Source: Leptogorgia sarmentosa (lineage: Eukaryota). From it: a stretch of 64,000 nt of DNA. The position numbers and the translations under genes were made by a program. Below are positions 1-12,820 of this stretch, piece by piece. The notes beneath the pieces were generated by a model. That model saw only the letters and a list, made by a program, of their open reading frames with translations. It was not told the DNA's origin and did not search any database. The stretch is taken from the NCBI GenBank assembly GCA_964658305.1, contig OZ210885.1, positions 6,820,001 through 6,884,000 on the forward strand, in the 5' to 3' direction. How positions within the stretch are numbered: position 1 is the stretch's first letter; each line of letters begins with the position of its first letter.

Positions 1-1228
1 TGCAGGTTTTAAAACTGTAAGTTTGTAAACCGCACGTACAAAAACAAACAAGTAAGCGCTCTTTAAAAGGGAAACGTGTAAAAACAAAATCACATCGTCA
101 TTATGGATTGCCCACACAAGTCGGTCGCAAACAAAGACAAAAATGAAGAAAATGAAGACAAAAATATTGATCGAGAGCTTTACGAAAAAGCATTTACGGC
201 TTTTAACAAAGCAAACCAAGCACCACCCATGTGTTGCGATAATAACGTGGCAAAATTCCGTGTAGTTCTCGACAAAAAAAAAGACAACTACGGGCGGCCG
301 TTTTTTGTGTGTTCAAAACATACAGATAGATGTGAATATTTTGAGTGGGGAGATAAAGCTATAGTTCAAAGACCGCGATGCTACCACAACGAAACATCAA
401 AGAAACGTCGCGTCAGAAAACCGGGACCCAATAAAGGACGGCTCTTCTTCTTCTGCCCTCGGCAACGCGATGATGTGGCTCAATGTGCCTTCTTTCAATG
501 GGAAGATGAAATTCCAATCCCTAAAACGCCACCTAAAGAAGACAAAAAAGATGACTTGGATGATATATTGAGCCGATTCACCTTCCCAAAGATACCCTCC
601 AGTCAATACCGAATCCCGAAGCGTAAAAAAGCACCACCTCAGGAAGAAAAAAACGATGATGATATCATACCCGACAGTCAACCCCGTATTTCAAAATGGA
701 TGACTCCGCAGCGGAAAAAACAGAAGATTTTAAGCAGCGATAGTGAAGAAGAAGAACAAGAAAAACAAGAAAAAGAGGAAAAAGAGAAAGAAGAAAACCC
801 GTTTGACAGCCCATTTATTTTCTACACAAGACATCACAATGGATTTTATTGAAACTATATTGTTGAAAACACTTTAAGTTGAAACACTCTTTATTTTAAA
901 ACTGTTATAAGATCACTTTGTATATTTTAAAAAATATTATTTTTAATAAATACCAAAAAATGTTTAGAATTACAATTCTAAACACATCCTATCCCAAAAA
1001 CTCTCCTTTCTGCGCAAAACGCGCAAACACACAAAACGCGCAAACACGTAAAACGCGCAAACACGCAAACACGCGCAAACAAAACTCTCGAGAAATATCC
1101 ACGCGTGAATATCTACACGCGAGAATATGGATATCTATCGGGAATATAGCGCCTTCCCCCGCGTGACCGCGCAGCGTCCACGCGTGGGGGCCTGGGGGAA
1201 GGCGCTATATTGCCGGTATAGTACTACT
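1..1228. mobile_element. Right end of a Polinton/Maverick-like element (remainder lies outside the window)
   Basis: Ends in ...GTACTACT at 1228 (5'-AGTAGT on the minus strand, the typical Polinton terminus). Subterminal AAACGCGCAAACAC-type repeats at ~1011-1080 and a GC-rich stem (1136-1160 vs 1194-1218). No pPolB or integrase is visible in the window. Confidence 0.55.
103..852 (+). CDS. Intronless protein with two GRF-type zinc fingers and an acidic/basic low-complexity tail; probably cargo of a Polinton-like element
   Basis: Two zf-GRF-like motifs: C..C...NYGRPFFVC...C.YFEW and CYH...GPNKGRLFFFC...C.FFQW. The ORF lies ~370 bp from a putative Polinton terminus. Confidence 0.7.
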   Translation: MDCPHKSVANKDKNEENEDKNIDRELYEKAFTAFNKANQAPPMCCDNNVAKFRVVLDKKKDNYGRPFFVCSKHTDRCEYFEWGDKAIVQRPRCYHNETSKKRRVRKPGPNKGRLFFFCPRQRDDVAQCAFFQWEDEIPIPKTPPKEDKKDDLDDILSRFTFPKIPSSQYRIPKRKKAPPQEEKNDDDIIPDSQPRISKWMTPQRKKQKILSSDSEEEEQEKQEKEEKEKEENPFDSPFIFYTRHHNGFY

Positions 1229-2288
1229 GCCGATCCGTCAATATAAACCTTCGAATTATAGGTTGAAATCGACCTATTTGATGAGGCCCACCGGTTGATG
1301 AGGAGTTAACATTAGTCGCGATATAGAATTTTCCTGCTGGGGCGCTATCGATTTCATTCCCATAGTGTTGGGAAGAGCGTACTTGTCCCATCGAATATGT
1401 TTTGTTTTAAAAGTGACAGCACATGGATCTATCCAATAATGGGCTAGTGACCTTTTTTGGTTTAACATTGATCTCTCAGTTCTATATATTGCCGAGTTCA
1501 ATGTTTACTGCACTGAAAAAATTTAACTTGTGTTGTTTTAACACAGGTGCACTATATACAGGGTGTTTAAAAAAATTACTGATGAAAAATATTCTCTAAA
1601 ATAAAAAGCGCTCGAAATTTGCACAAAGTTTCAGTTAGCCTGGCTAGTTCAACACCCTCTGGTACATCTAGCACTAAGTTTATAGTCTAGGAGTTTAGAA
1701 TGTCCAGTCCATGTTGTAGTGTGTCATCGTATATTGGCCAAAACACAATATTTGCACAGGGTCTATATTAAGACTGTCCTGTGTGGTGTTTTTGTAGAAA
1801 GATATGCATATAACCACAGATACACACATATACATATAAATATGTACATTTCACATGCACCCAATTAACCGCAGAGTACTAGGTTGAGGTAGCTTGGCTT
1901 TGTGGAGGTTGGTGCCGGTTGTGGTCTTGGGCTGCATCTGGCCTTAACGACCAGAAATCATGCATCACACAGGGCAACTACATTGCTAGCAACAACTGGT
2001 AACAATAGCAGCAAAAAAGGAGTTTGCCATGACAATTCTGCCAGGGCATCGCTCCGGCACCAGTCACACTGACTAATCAGTGGAATGTATACGATCTATA
2101 GTCGTTTATACATCGTATTGTCCAGTCAATAGGAGAGGACAATAATAGTAAGAACCAGCCATCCATGGAGACATTCCCTGGAGCTCGTCGTTTTCCTTTA
2201 CCTTGTCACGTACAACCTCCAGAGTTATTGCACAACTTTTTAATTCTTTTCCGAAGCTATTTTCTATCTTCAGGAGCTCATCAGCCGT

Positions 2289-3718
2289 CTAGAGTGTTCT
2301 TGCCTTCTTCTCGGGTGAATCCTTTGCTTTATGGTCAGACTCACCAAAACTAGCTTTGCTCTCATCATCAAAATTGCCTTGGTTGCGCATAACTTGGCTA
2401 AGCTTTTTTGACGCTTCCAGTGATGCCTTTGTCTTCTCCGCAATTATGTAGTATTTCTTGGCGGTTGACTCATTGTGCGCCATGAGGTTTGCCAGCTTTG
2501 AACTCATTTCTGGGTTGCTTTTGTACATATTGGTGACAGCAGTCTTTCGAAATGATGTTGACATTACATCCAAGGGAACTTCAGCTTTCTTGAAAATTGA
2601 TTTTACAGCTTTGTTTATTTGGCTAGATGTCATCCTTCGGCCATTCCAGGACAAAAAGACAGGACCAGTGGTAGATGTTGTCACTTGGGCTCTCATCACT
2701 TTCACAAATATGGACAACCAAGCTTTAAGTTTACGGTTCAGAATGATATAAGCTGGGCCATGGACGTGGGAGGTCTTGTGCTTCATCACTGAAATTACAT
2801 AATTATCACCATCTTTTCATACGTTTTTGAACTCCTCCATTGTGAAGTGTGAGAAAACGCCGGGCCTGTTAGCGTTATCAATAAAGATCTGCGTGAAAAG
2901 GAAGTCTCGTACCAGAGTGAACGTTGTTTGGGTCACTGTAGCACTTTGTGCAGGATCACTATGCTGGCCAAGTATCTTGATTGCTTCTCGTGCTGCTTCA
3001 CTTTTCTCAAATGTTTGGATGTTGGCAGGAGTAAGACGTCTCATTGCATCTTCTTCCAACTTCTGCCATCGACGAGTGCATGATTCTTTTTTGTAGGATG
3101 TTGACCACATGGAGATCTTATCCCTCGCTCTCCTGATTTCATCTGTGCAGAATTGAACTTCGGTTGGCCTGTCCGATACCAAAAATGAGAAGTAGTGGTG
3201 GCGTAAGCTCATTAAATACGACTTAATAATGCCTGGCTTGTAGTTTTTCTCTTCAACATATGCTTCTTCAAAAAGAGATGGCGAACAAGGTTTATGTAAT
3301 GAAGGGAACTGATGTCACCGGAATCATCAATCACTGTCAATATCTTCCACAGCTGGGAACTGTGCTGCTTCACAGTCTTCCTGTCTCTTCCTCCATCTGG
3401 TGATTCCAACCATTCTTCAAATCTTGCTATTACGGGATGGGGAGCGGGCTTTTCGGCAGCACCGGTAACTACTTGATCATCATCACTATCATCTTCATCA
3501 CTATCATCTTCATCATGACCATCAGAAGTGGAGCCAGAAGACGTGTTGTCACCAAACGATTGTCCCATCAGTACATGGGTTTTGCGTTCCTCCTTGTAAC
3601 GTAGCAAATGGTGCTTTGTGTCAGGAACAATTGTAGCATATGCCAGGGAATCTTTATATGCTTTAGAAGACCTCTGGAATTTGTGCACTTTTTGGAGATG
3701 TACTAACCTAACTAACAT
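2289..3718 (-). pseudogene. Tyrosine recombinase (Crypton-like), frameshifted into three ORFs
   Basis: Core-binding-like FEEWLESPDGGRDRKTVKQH; catalytic R in RDFLFTQIFIDNANRPG; K in KHKT; TSFRK; LMAHNESTAKKYY (H and Y). Confidence 0.8.
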
Positions 3719-4019
3719 AACTTCAAAGAAAACTTTGTTTTGTTCAGGTCAGGTCAAAGAATCCACTTTCATATAGTTCTTGACGTCGTTGTTTTTGTTA
3801 ATTGACGGTTTATGGACAGTTTTTGCTTTTCCTTTGAGTCATCACAATGTCCCTGTAAAGCTAAACTCTGCCTGAATGCCAAGATGATTGTACCAACAAT
3901 AGAAGTAATCTTGATTGTACTGAATTCATTCGCTTCAAAGATTGTCAGCCTGTTCATCAATACCTTTAACTTTTGCCAAAATCACACTTTTAAAGCTTGT
4001 TAATTTGAGCATAGAATCT

Positions 4020-5542
4020 TTATGCACAACTGAGCCTGTTTCCTGCACTGCCAACTGTTATATTGCTTTTTTCCACTATTGTTTTCCACTTACCAAAAAG
4101 CGCACAATAAAGGCAAAAAGCACCATCGCATAGCTTTGAATAACATAACCAAGGCCAGCGCTTGAGCGAACTGATGCAAAACCTTTGGCAAACTATAGTT
4201 TTGGATCCAAACTCACAATAAGGAAATTTGTATGATGGAGGGGGCTTCCAGCGAATGTTGATCAAATCGTTTGGGCATGGCTCAACATATTTTTCACTGT
4301 CTGAATACCACACGTTTTGGCTATTGCGAGATTCAAACAATGGCTGGAAGAATGGACGTAAAGTGCTTTCGGCACTTGACATCACCTTCGATTTACTGGA
4401 CTTTGTACTAGCACCATCATAACCTTGGCCACAACATTGCCCCAGTGGTAAGCCAATCTCGCTCAAAGTGTCTGTGATATTCTTCGCTGATGCCTCACCA
4501 GTCCTACCATCCTCACATTCAACAAACTTAACAAAACGTACCGCAAGAGTATATGCATTTGTTCTTTATTGCTACAGTCCGTACCTTCATCTGCTAAAAC
4601 AGAATAGACGGGACAAACTTCGCTGTTTACTTCGTTCACAATATGTTGTCGGATGTGGTCACCACAGATCCTCACTAGCTAATTCTGAATGGTTTTGGAA
4701 CGATACGTGTCATTCTTCCTCGCATTTTCAAAGTGATGTTGAAGATTCGTGTCACCTGCTTCAGCTCAAAAATCCAAAAACGCTTGGAAGTTACCAGGAT
4801 TCGGTGAAGAGTAATGCTGCGAGTCATCCTGATGCCCTCTCAATGCACAATTCTGCCTACCAGCCAAAACAACTGTTTTAGTGATCGAACTGAGAATGCT
4901 CCTGTTGTACTCTATGTGCTTATTTCTCAATTTGTCAGCTTGCTCGTCGATGCCCTTGCTTTCGCCCATCATCACACTCCTAAAATGCACCATACACATC
5001 ATGGAATCGTGATGAATGGTTGAATGTTTCTGATGATATTCCAGTTGGTGAAGTGCTCCTTGAATAACTTTGTCAACTTCGAGCCTTTAAGACCAGTTTC
5101 ACTGCCAAGCAGAACACAAGATAGACAGAAGGCTCCATCAAATAGTTTAGAATAGCACGACCAACGACCGAGCCAATTCGCACAAAATTTACGCCATGTC
5201 TGACCAAACTCAGTAACAGGAAAATTATATGTAGGGGGTGGCTGGCTTCCAATGATTGTTAATTAGCTTAAGTTTTGTGTCATCATCTATTGCGATATTT
5301 CCACAATTTTTACTATCTACTGCTGTTTGTGATGCAGAAACAAACCGTCCAATATACGCAATTGTCGCTGAAAATCTTTGGGCTGTTCTTGACATTAAAC
5401 TTCTCCCCCGGGAACTTGATGAAGCCTTTTCTATTTCAGCAATTGTCCATGCTCCTTTGTTAACATCTGACAAAGACCACTCCTTACTACCATGATAATT
5501 GTTAGGCCTACTCCAGGGTGCAAGATTGCCTATGATCGACAC
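4020..5542 (-). pseudogene. hAT transposase remnant (ZMYM1/THAP12-P52rIPK-like) with TTF-type zinc-finger fragments
   Basis: Motifs ALRGHQDD...NPGNFQAFL, SVLADEGTDCSNKEQM..LLRYV, GQGYDGAS, WPWLCYSKLCDGAFCLYC; several frameshifts. Confidence 0.8.
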
Positions 5543-7429
5543 ATATTATATACAAAGAAATAGGCATTCTGGACTTAATAGGGGGTCTGAATTGAGAGAA
5601 GGCATCAACTTTTTTAAAAGTAATTTAGGTTCCTTTGCATATAAGACATGTAACATGTAATTTTATTTTGCAAGTCACTGCCATGTTTCCATTTTCGCTG
5701 TTCTCTTCTGCTGTTGTAGGACTCTTATCTGATAGCTCTGGATTGCCAACCCTTGGAACACTTTGTTGAATCTATAAATTATAAATTTTATGGAGTTCAT
5801 TGATGTACATGTTTACATCACATTCACCACAAATCCTGTTTACCTACCTAAATGGTAAGCTGTTTTTAATTGCCAGTATTGGGTATATTAAAAAATTTAG
5901 TAGTTTGGGAATGATAGTATTTATATCCACATATCAAATGTTGATGATGAAAGTAAATTGTACATTTAATCAGGTGCCAGTATACTGCATGCTAAATCGG
6001 ATACATATACGAAAGAATACTCAGATCATTGTTTTAATCTAATGACTTTCAAGCATTTACCTTCTGGCACTGCTTCAACCTCTTCAGCATTTTCCATTGT
6101 GATGTCAGTAGTGGGTGTTGAAGTAGGATTATCATTACATGGATCTTCATTGTCATTTAACTCACTCGGTGGCAAAACTGAATTGTCAAGGGATGAATAC
6201 TAAATAATTCAATGATATCTGGTTGTGGAATCTCTTCCTCTTGGCAGTTTGTTGATGGTTCCTCATCATCCTGCAGGATACTCTCTTCATTTGGTGGGAT
6301 GTTCTTTGTTTGTTGTCTAACAAGCTTCATTTGGCCATGCTCGTCTTCAACCCTAATTACACTTATTGGTAAGGAAGCACCATTTGCTAGACATTCCTGC
6401 CAACACTTCTGAAGGTATTTTTCCTCTGCACTGAAGTTACTCGAACAAAAGTGATGTAGCAAACAACCCTGTGGATGAGTGCTTATGGCTTGTTTTTGGG
6501 ATGCTCTTTCACGCTACTGTTATGAATTGTACTATTTCGAACTTTTTAAAAATTTTGTCTATTATGCAATTGGTCCATTCTAACCTTTGTATGCCAGTAG
6601 AATGAACCAAATCTTAATATAAGTATGTAGATGTATTATAGCTATATATGTGCTTATGAATGGTTGTTAATAGTCCAATTTATGAAATGCACTTGTGTGT
6701 TTCTCGTATCGAACAACAAAGGAATGGTACTAGATTTCGCATGTAAATGAGAGCGAAATAAACAGGTGTGAATTTTTATTTTATATTTGTGTATTATATT
6801 TGTTACGGTCGTACATAAATAATGTGCACTCATGGTCGAGCTCTATCTCATGCCATTCATGTTTCTTGTGTGCATGTCGAGACTGCATTAAAAAGACTGT
6901 GATCAGCTAGGATATATCATATATGACATGACTGAGGCTTTCTTTATATCTTTCAAAAAGTTTGATCAAAAGAGCCATCTCGAGTAAAACGCTGACTGTT
7001 GATACAGTTGTTTTATTGAATCTTTTTATTGAAAACTCAAGATACAATAATCACAGTATTCAGCCACCATGGGGAAAACTCTGCCACTGATTGTCATTTT
7101 TATTTTTTCAGATATATGATGAATAAACTACAGCAGTCTTCCAATCATCCAATGTACACCTCATATAAGAACATACATAAAGAACATATAGCTTCAAAGT
7201 AAATTGTGGCAAGGTAAAATTTTGTTATCGACAAAAATATAAAAATCCCTAATCGAAAATATTTTCGTGGTCTGTATGAGCACAAATATACTTGCACAGC
7301 ATGGCTGAGTTGAAATTTATTGTTTGATGATAAGATTGATTACATATTTACATGAAAATTATGAACAAAATTTACATTACATATTTACACAAAATCTACT
7401 ATAAAAAAAATTATGAAACATATTTACAA

Positions 7430-7770
7430 TATTGTGAAAATTTGAAAGGTTTAACACTTCTTTAAAATACTTAACTATTGTGTTCATGATTTGAAAAGTT
7501 CAAGTGTTAAACCTTTCAAATTTACAATTTTGGAAATTCAAAATTTGCCCCCTTTTGGGGGGCATGCTGTCGATTTGTGGCCACATTGGCCACAGGTCCA
7601 GCACTTTGATCCTCCTGTTGGTGAAAAAGTAGTGGTTAACATTAAATTAATGACAAGACAGGTACAGTTACAGTGCACAAATACACTACTACCTGTACAA
7701 CATTCAAAAGATACATATGTGTTCTGCAGTTATTTGCTCTGTGGCCCCTGTGGCCACACCTGTAACACTG
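7430..7770. repeat. Structured dispersed repeat, copy 1 (related copy at 38180-38545)
   Basis: Inverted repeat TTGAAAGGTTTAACACTT/AAGTGTTAAACCTTTCAA, followed by a ~190-bp block bounded by TGGCCA(CA) palindromes that aligns by eye with 38340-38545. Confidence 0.6.
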
Positions 7771-9831
7771 GCTTAAAGAGTAAATATTGTGAGATTTAAT
7801 TTATTGCTTTCTTGTCATGTGGCACACTATAAATGTTATAGACATTTAACATACCACGAAATACGGGAACCCGGCCAACACCTTTGCCACGACCCTGGCC
7901 ACGACCCCTTCCTATCTCATCATCATGTACCTCCGGAAAAAATACCTGAATGCTTCTTTAATGTCTCTATACAATGATAGCATAACTGAGAAGAATCGTA
8001 CAAGTATAATAAGTGTTGAAGTTAAATTTAATAAAGATTTTTCCTACTGAACTGGAAAGAAATAGGTTAGTCATTACAAAGATCAAATTATTTCATTGCA
8101 TTTTACAAATATGCATGATACCTTGTTCATTCATTTCTTGCTGATTCTGCTCTGAGAGAAAAATGTGTTATCTACAGATACTGATATTTAATTTACAAGA
8201 ATGATTAATAAATTGTATAAAATATGTATATTTTATAGACTGCATACCATTCTCATCATGGTCTTCAGCTAGTACTTCATCTGGAGGTGAGTAGTACAAA
8301 GATGAAATTAAATGAACTTGGCTGTGTAGATCATTTCGATCATGAGTAGTAATTGTAAAAACTTGCGTTCCAGCTCAGCATTGAAATCTGCCTACCCACC
8401 ATTATCTAAAGTGAAAGGCGAGATTGGGGAAAATCAATGGAAAATGTTTTTTAAACATCTTCTTCATTTTCCACTAAGTAAACATGTATTGATTAATGTA
8501 ATGACACATTGGGGTACATTGTAATGGTCTACCATGTACGTATGATGTATCGACTATGAATAGAACTATAATACTGTATCTCACTCACATAGGGTTTTTT
8601 AAAAGATAAGGGGCCTTTAATTCGAACAATTTACATAGAACAACTTCTAAAAATGATTGTGAAACGTACTTGTCTGTCTTTTTTCAAGTCTAAATAGTGT
8701 TGTGGCAAAAACATAAAAGAAAACATATTCAGAAACAGCATTCAAAACCATATAGTGTATAGCACCAATTTGAAAAAAACACACACTATTTTACAAAAAA
8801 CAGTCAGTTTAAATAACAAACTCACATTGCCCAAACTATTGATATTCCCTCACTATATATAAAATTTTAAAAAATACAATAAAAACATTTATGCTGGTTT
8901 ATTAAAAAACTGTAAGGGCGAACAACATGAACTATGTAAAGTAGTTTTGCTCAAAAACGCCGTTCATCTTGTAGTATGAAAATAGGTGTATTACAAATGG
9001 TAATAAACAATTAAATTCACTATTTTAATATCTCTATTTTCTTATGGAAAAATAGAATCACCGCAGCACAATCGTCCGAAGTCCGATATTCTGAGACGAT
9101 ATTTTGGCGGGCTTTTTGAAACTTACCGTTACCATAGTAATACCATGTTTATATATGATATGAGCAATGGAATGTTTGTGGTAACAACATTCTTGATCCC
9201 TCTGTTTTAATACTGAAAATGTACACTTCAAAAACTTAAATATATAGATATATAAAATTGGATTGTAATCTTAAATCAACACAGTATAATAGATGTATTT
9301 ATTATCGAGTTTATGCCATCATGTACATGGTTAGACACCATAGTTAAAACTTCCAAGAAAATTGTCATAAATAATGCTGCAACTGATTGTACTGTTATTA
9401 TTTATGACGTTTATGAAAAAAAAGTATTGAATTAACCTAATGAGCTTTAATAATTTGGATATTACTAATTGCAGCCACTCGCCCCTGGGGCCCATGTTTC
9501 ATTTTAATAACAGCTTGCCATATTACTAAATATACTATTCTATATAATATTTTGTAAAATAAAATAGGTCAGTTAGACTTGGCCCATGGAATTATATAAA
9601 GGTTAGGTTTCACTTATTTTTCCGACTGTTAAATGAAGCTAGTGTTATTTAATTGTCAATTTCTGTCCTTGTCTTGTAACTTCAAAAATATTTTGTCAGT
9701 ATTTCCAAGTCATAACATTATTTCCTGGAAAAGAAAATGATCCTAATAGTACTTCATTCAAAACTGTCATTGCGACTGTTGAAAAAAATATTTTAATCAG
9801 CCTATAAACGTGTAAAACGACGTTAACTTAA

Positions 9832-12588
9832 GGTGGAATGACCCCCAAATTATTTTTTTTTTAAAAAAAGCTTTCAACAAAATTTAAATTGCATGGATGT
9901 TATAAGCACAAAAGAGTATGAATATTTTTGTGGTAATGACATTTTCTGTTGCCATGGTTACCGGGATAAAGCGACAAAACCCGTACTTTGAGCCAAAACG
10001 CCAACAACCATAACTTGATTAATTTTTAGGCAATGTCTATGAAACTTTGGGGATAAAATCATCTTTAATACGTCTATGCAATGAACTAAAAGCTTTTTGA
10101 TCAGAGAAGTGGTTATTAATTTGTTTAGTCAATAGTATACATACTCGGTATCAGAATACATATTTCAAAATAATTCAAAATCTAGTAAACCATATCCCAC
10201 CATTCTAGTTCATTGCATAGCTTTACATATGTAGAATATTCACTGAAAATTTGAGTAAAATCTACCAGATACTTTTTGAGTTATCAATGTTACGAGTTTA
10301 CAAAATACCCGAAAATTGATATTAGAGAAAATACAGTTTAAAGTTTGTCTACCAAGTTTCACAGCTACATATACCCCTGCTCAGCTTTAGAAATCACTAG
10401 AACTCTCCTGCTCCATATTTTAGTCCCTCTGCTTCTTGGTTCTTGTCCTCCTTTTTCTTTTTTAGTCCTCTGATCACCTTTCTTCTCTTTTTAGCTTTTG
10501 GCGAGCTTTTATATTGTGCAGACGATACACGAGACTTGTCTTCAGCATGACAGGCAAATTCAGTGTACTTGCCAGCAGGAATATTCATTGACTTGAAAAG
10601 TTCAACAATTGCATTGCAACCAATATTGAAGTGTAAGACAGCATCATACACCCCAAACTCTAGGCAGTCTCTGTGAACAAAGACTTCCTTGGGAACTCTT
10701 TGCCAAATTAGAGCGTTCAGAGCCTCGTTCTGATTTTGCGTTTTCCCGTGCAAGCACTTTTCCAAAAGACTGTTATCAGTAAGCCTCTGGTACACAGGCT
10801 TAACCAGCTTAATGATGTTTTTTGGAAGACCAGGACCATGTTTGTACAATTTTGTCCCATTTGCTTTGTCTTGTTGGTAACGACACCAGCTATCACTACC
10901 AGGTGGGCAATGGAAGGTATGGTAAGGGTTCGCATCACTTGAAGCACAATGGAAAAGACTAGCATGGATGCCTTTTGCCATCTTACCCAGATCTCCAACA
11001 TTGGACCTAAGAGCAATGCCATAATAATTTTGCAGCTTATCTATCATGGCATTTGTCAGCTTGCCCTTTCCACCCAGTCCAGGATTATCTTTCTTTAATT
11101 TTCGGAGTGCCGTTCCTACTCTTTTCTGGACATGGCCGATACACTCTCGTTTCGGCACTTCAATGCCAGGATAGGTATTCTTTACTTCAGAGAAGCTTTT
11201 ACTATCCCCATCACCATAAAAATCTGTGTATCGCAGATTATTCTCTTCCACTGATCTTTTAAACATTCGTAAAGCTCCTTCTGGTTCCATGGCCGGAGCA
11301 GATCCTTGGTAATTTGCCTTACACGTAGTGTGCTTGGCTTTCCATTCTCGATATTGTTTACTATTTTTGTCCAGCTTTTCATGGTACTTACACTGTTTAC
11401 AGTGGCTAGTCATGGCTTCAACGTCGAGAACTTTCCCCGTCTCCATGGAGATAATGGTAACACATCCATTCAGCGAAGAATGCCCCCTTCTCTGCCAGGA
11501 GCCATCGCATGAAATTCCACAGTCGACAGGAATAGTGTCATCAGAGTCGACAGTTCTTTTCTTAGTACGTACTTCTTCTGCGGCAGATTTCATACATGCT
11601 TTTGCAACTTTCTTGACATGTTGGGTAATAGTTCGTGAAGACTTTCGAAACGACTTCGCTGTCAATGGTGATGGCATGTTCATAATAGAACAGAACTTCG
11701 AGGCCCCCGCATGACCTTTCCCTATTCTTCGCATGCCATAAATAAGACGCTTATTTACTTCAAAGCTTTTTTCTGCTCGCTTAGAAGTCCAAAACAGATG
11801 CTTCCAACTGCAGTTTTGACAACATAAACGAAGCTTTGAGGCACAGCCTTTGCGACTTACATCATCTTCTTCGAGGGAAAGACCAACACAGTCACACTCT
11901 GGGCATTTCAACAGACAAAACACATCAGCAATAAGTCCCATATCACACAATCTGAAACCAGTAATACTTTTATCACTATTATCCAACGTTTTACGGTTAG
12001 ATCTTTCGTTGATAAGTTGTTGCAGCTTTCCAAAAGAAGCTGAATTTCCGGAAGCCATGTCCTCATCATTTGTCTGGGTATCCACAGAAGAAATCTTCTT
12101 TCCAGCGTCTTTTTCTGGTATATTTACATCGCCCCCTTCTTCATTATCAACACGAGGACGTTTTGTAAAACGATTGCCAGAGAATTTCCGTTTATTGCGC
12201 CTTTTAGAGGCAAATTTCCCCATCTTATTTTTGAAAATATCTTCGAATATAAAACGACCTTCGATTTTATTTTGCTAATATGGCGTGCTGGATCCGGAAA
12301 GGCCTGGGAATAGTTTAAAATAGAACCCAGTCCTTCATTGCTACCCCACAATTTCTTTTGGGTTGATTTGTTGGGATAACTTTCAAGCTATTGGCCAAAA
12401 ACAAAGAGTAAACAAATATGTTTCCATGGCAACGAAGCCACGAACGTCTAATAATCCTAAAATAACAGCCGTTATATGTATAATATAAATGTAAAATCAA
12501 CATAGGATCAAAGTTTCATACTCTAGGACATATATAAGGGGAAAAAAAATTTTTCAAAAATTACTAATTTTTTGGGGGTCATTCCACC
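9832..12588 (-). mobile_element. Full-length Kolobok-type DNA transposon (2757 bp)
   Basis: Perfect 18-bp TIRs GGTGGAATGACCCCCAAA / TTTGGGGGTCATTCCACC; TTAA TSD at 9828-9831 and 12589-12592; single intact transposase ORF. Confidence 0.88.
10397..12223 (-). CDS. Intact 608-aa DDE transposase (Kolobok / 'Mutator-like' domain)
   Basis: ISCDGSWQRRGHSS, YGDGDSKSF, ECIGHVQKR, TQNQNEALN; N-terminal CxxC...CxxC zinc ribbon; no stops. Confidence 0.9.
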   Translation of the reverse strand: MGKFASKRRNKRKFSGNRFTKRPRVDNEEGGDVNIPEKDAGKKISSVDTQTNDEDMASGNSASFGKLQQLINERSNRKTLDNSDKSITGFRLCDMGLIADVFCLLKCPECDCVGLSLEEDDVSRKGCASKLRLCCQNCSWKHLFWTSKRAEKSFEVNKRLIYGMRRIGKGHAGASKFCSIMNMPSPLTAKSFRKSSRTITQHVKKVAKACMKSAAEEVRTKKRTVDSDDTIPVDCGISCDGSWQRRGHSSLNGCVTIISMETGKVLDVEAMTSHCKQCKYHEKLDKNSKQYREWKAKHTTCKANYQGSAPAMEPEGALRMFKRSVEENNLRYTDFYGDGDSKSFSEVKNTYPGIEVPKRECIGHVQKRVGTALRKLKKDNPGLGGKGKLTNAMIDKLQNYYGIALRSNVGDLGKMAKGIHASLFHCASSDANPYHTFHCPPGSDSWCRYQQDKANGTKLYKHGPGLPKNIIKLVKPVYQRLTDNSLLEKCLHGKTQNQNEALNALIWQRVPKEVFVHRDCLEFGVYDAVLHFNIGCNAIVELFKSMNIPAGKYTEFACHAEDKSRVSSAQYKSSPKAKKRRKVIRGLKKKKEDKNQEAEGLKYGAGEF

Positions 12589-12677
12589 TTAACTGAAACC
12601 AGTACACTGCGCTGGTAGCTTGAGCGCAGATACATGTACACTTTGTGTACTTATTTTTAGTGTTTTTACCGGTTTTA

Positions 12678-12820
12678 CACTCGCCGACTCGAAATACTCG
12701 CGAGTGCAGCGAGTGATCTATTTGGCGAGTGAAGCGAGTATTTCGATCTTGCCAACATGATTTGCGCGTACTCGCAAATCAAGCAAGTACTCAAACAATT
12801 CGTGAGTGACTCGTGCGTAC
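12678..12820. repeat. Cluster of ACTCG/CGAGT motifs in both orientations, probably a TE subterminal remnant
   Basis: Many ACTCG(C)/(G)CGAGT words within ~140 bp; no clear termini. Confidence 0.4.

Noticed and set aside
5650..6500. ORF 6157-6462 and nearby exon-like segments
   Set aside because: No recognisable domain and no consistent gene model.
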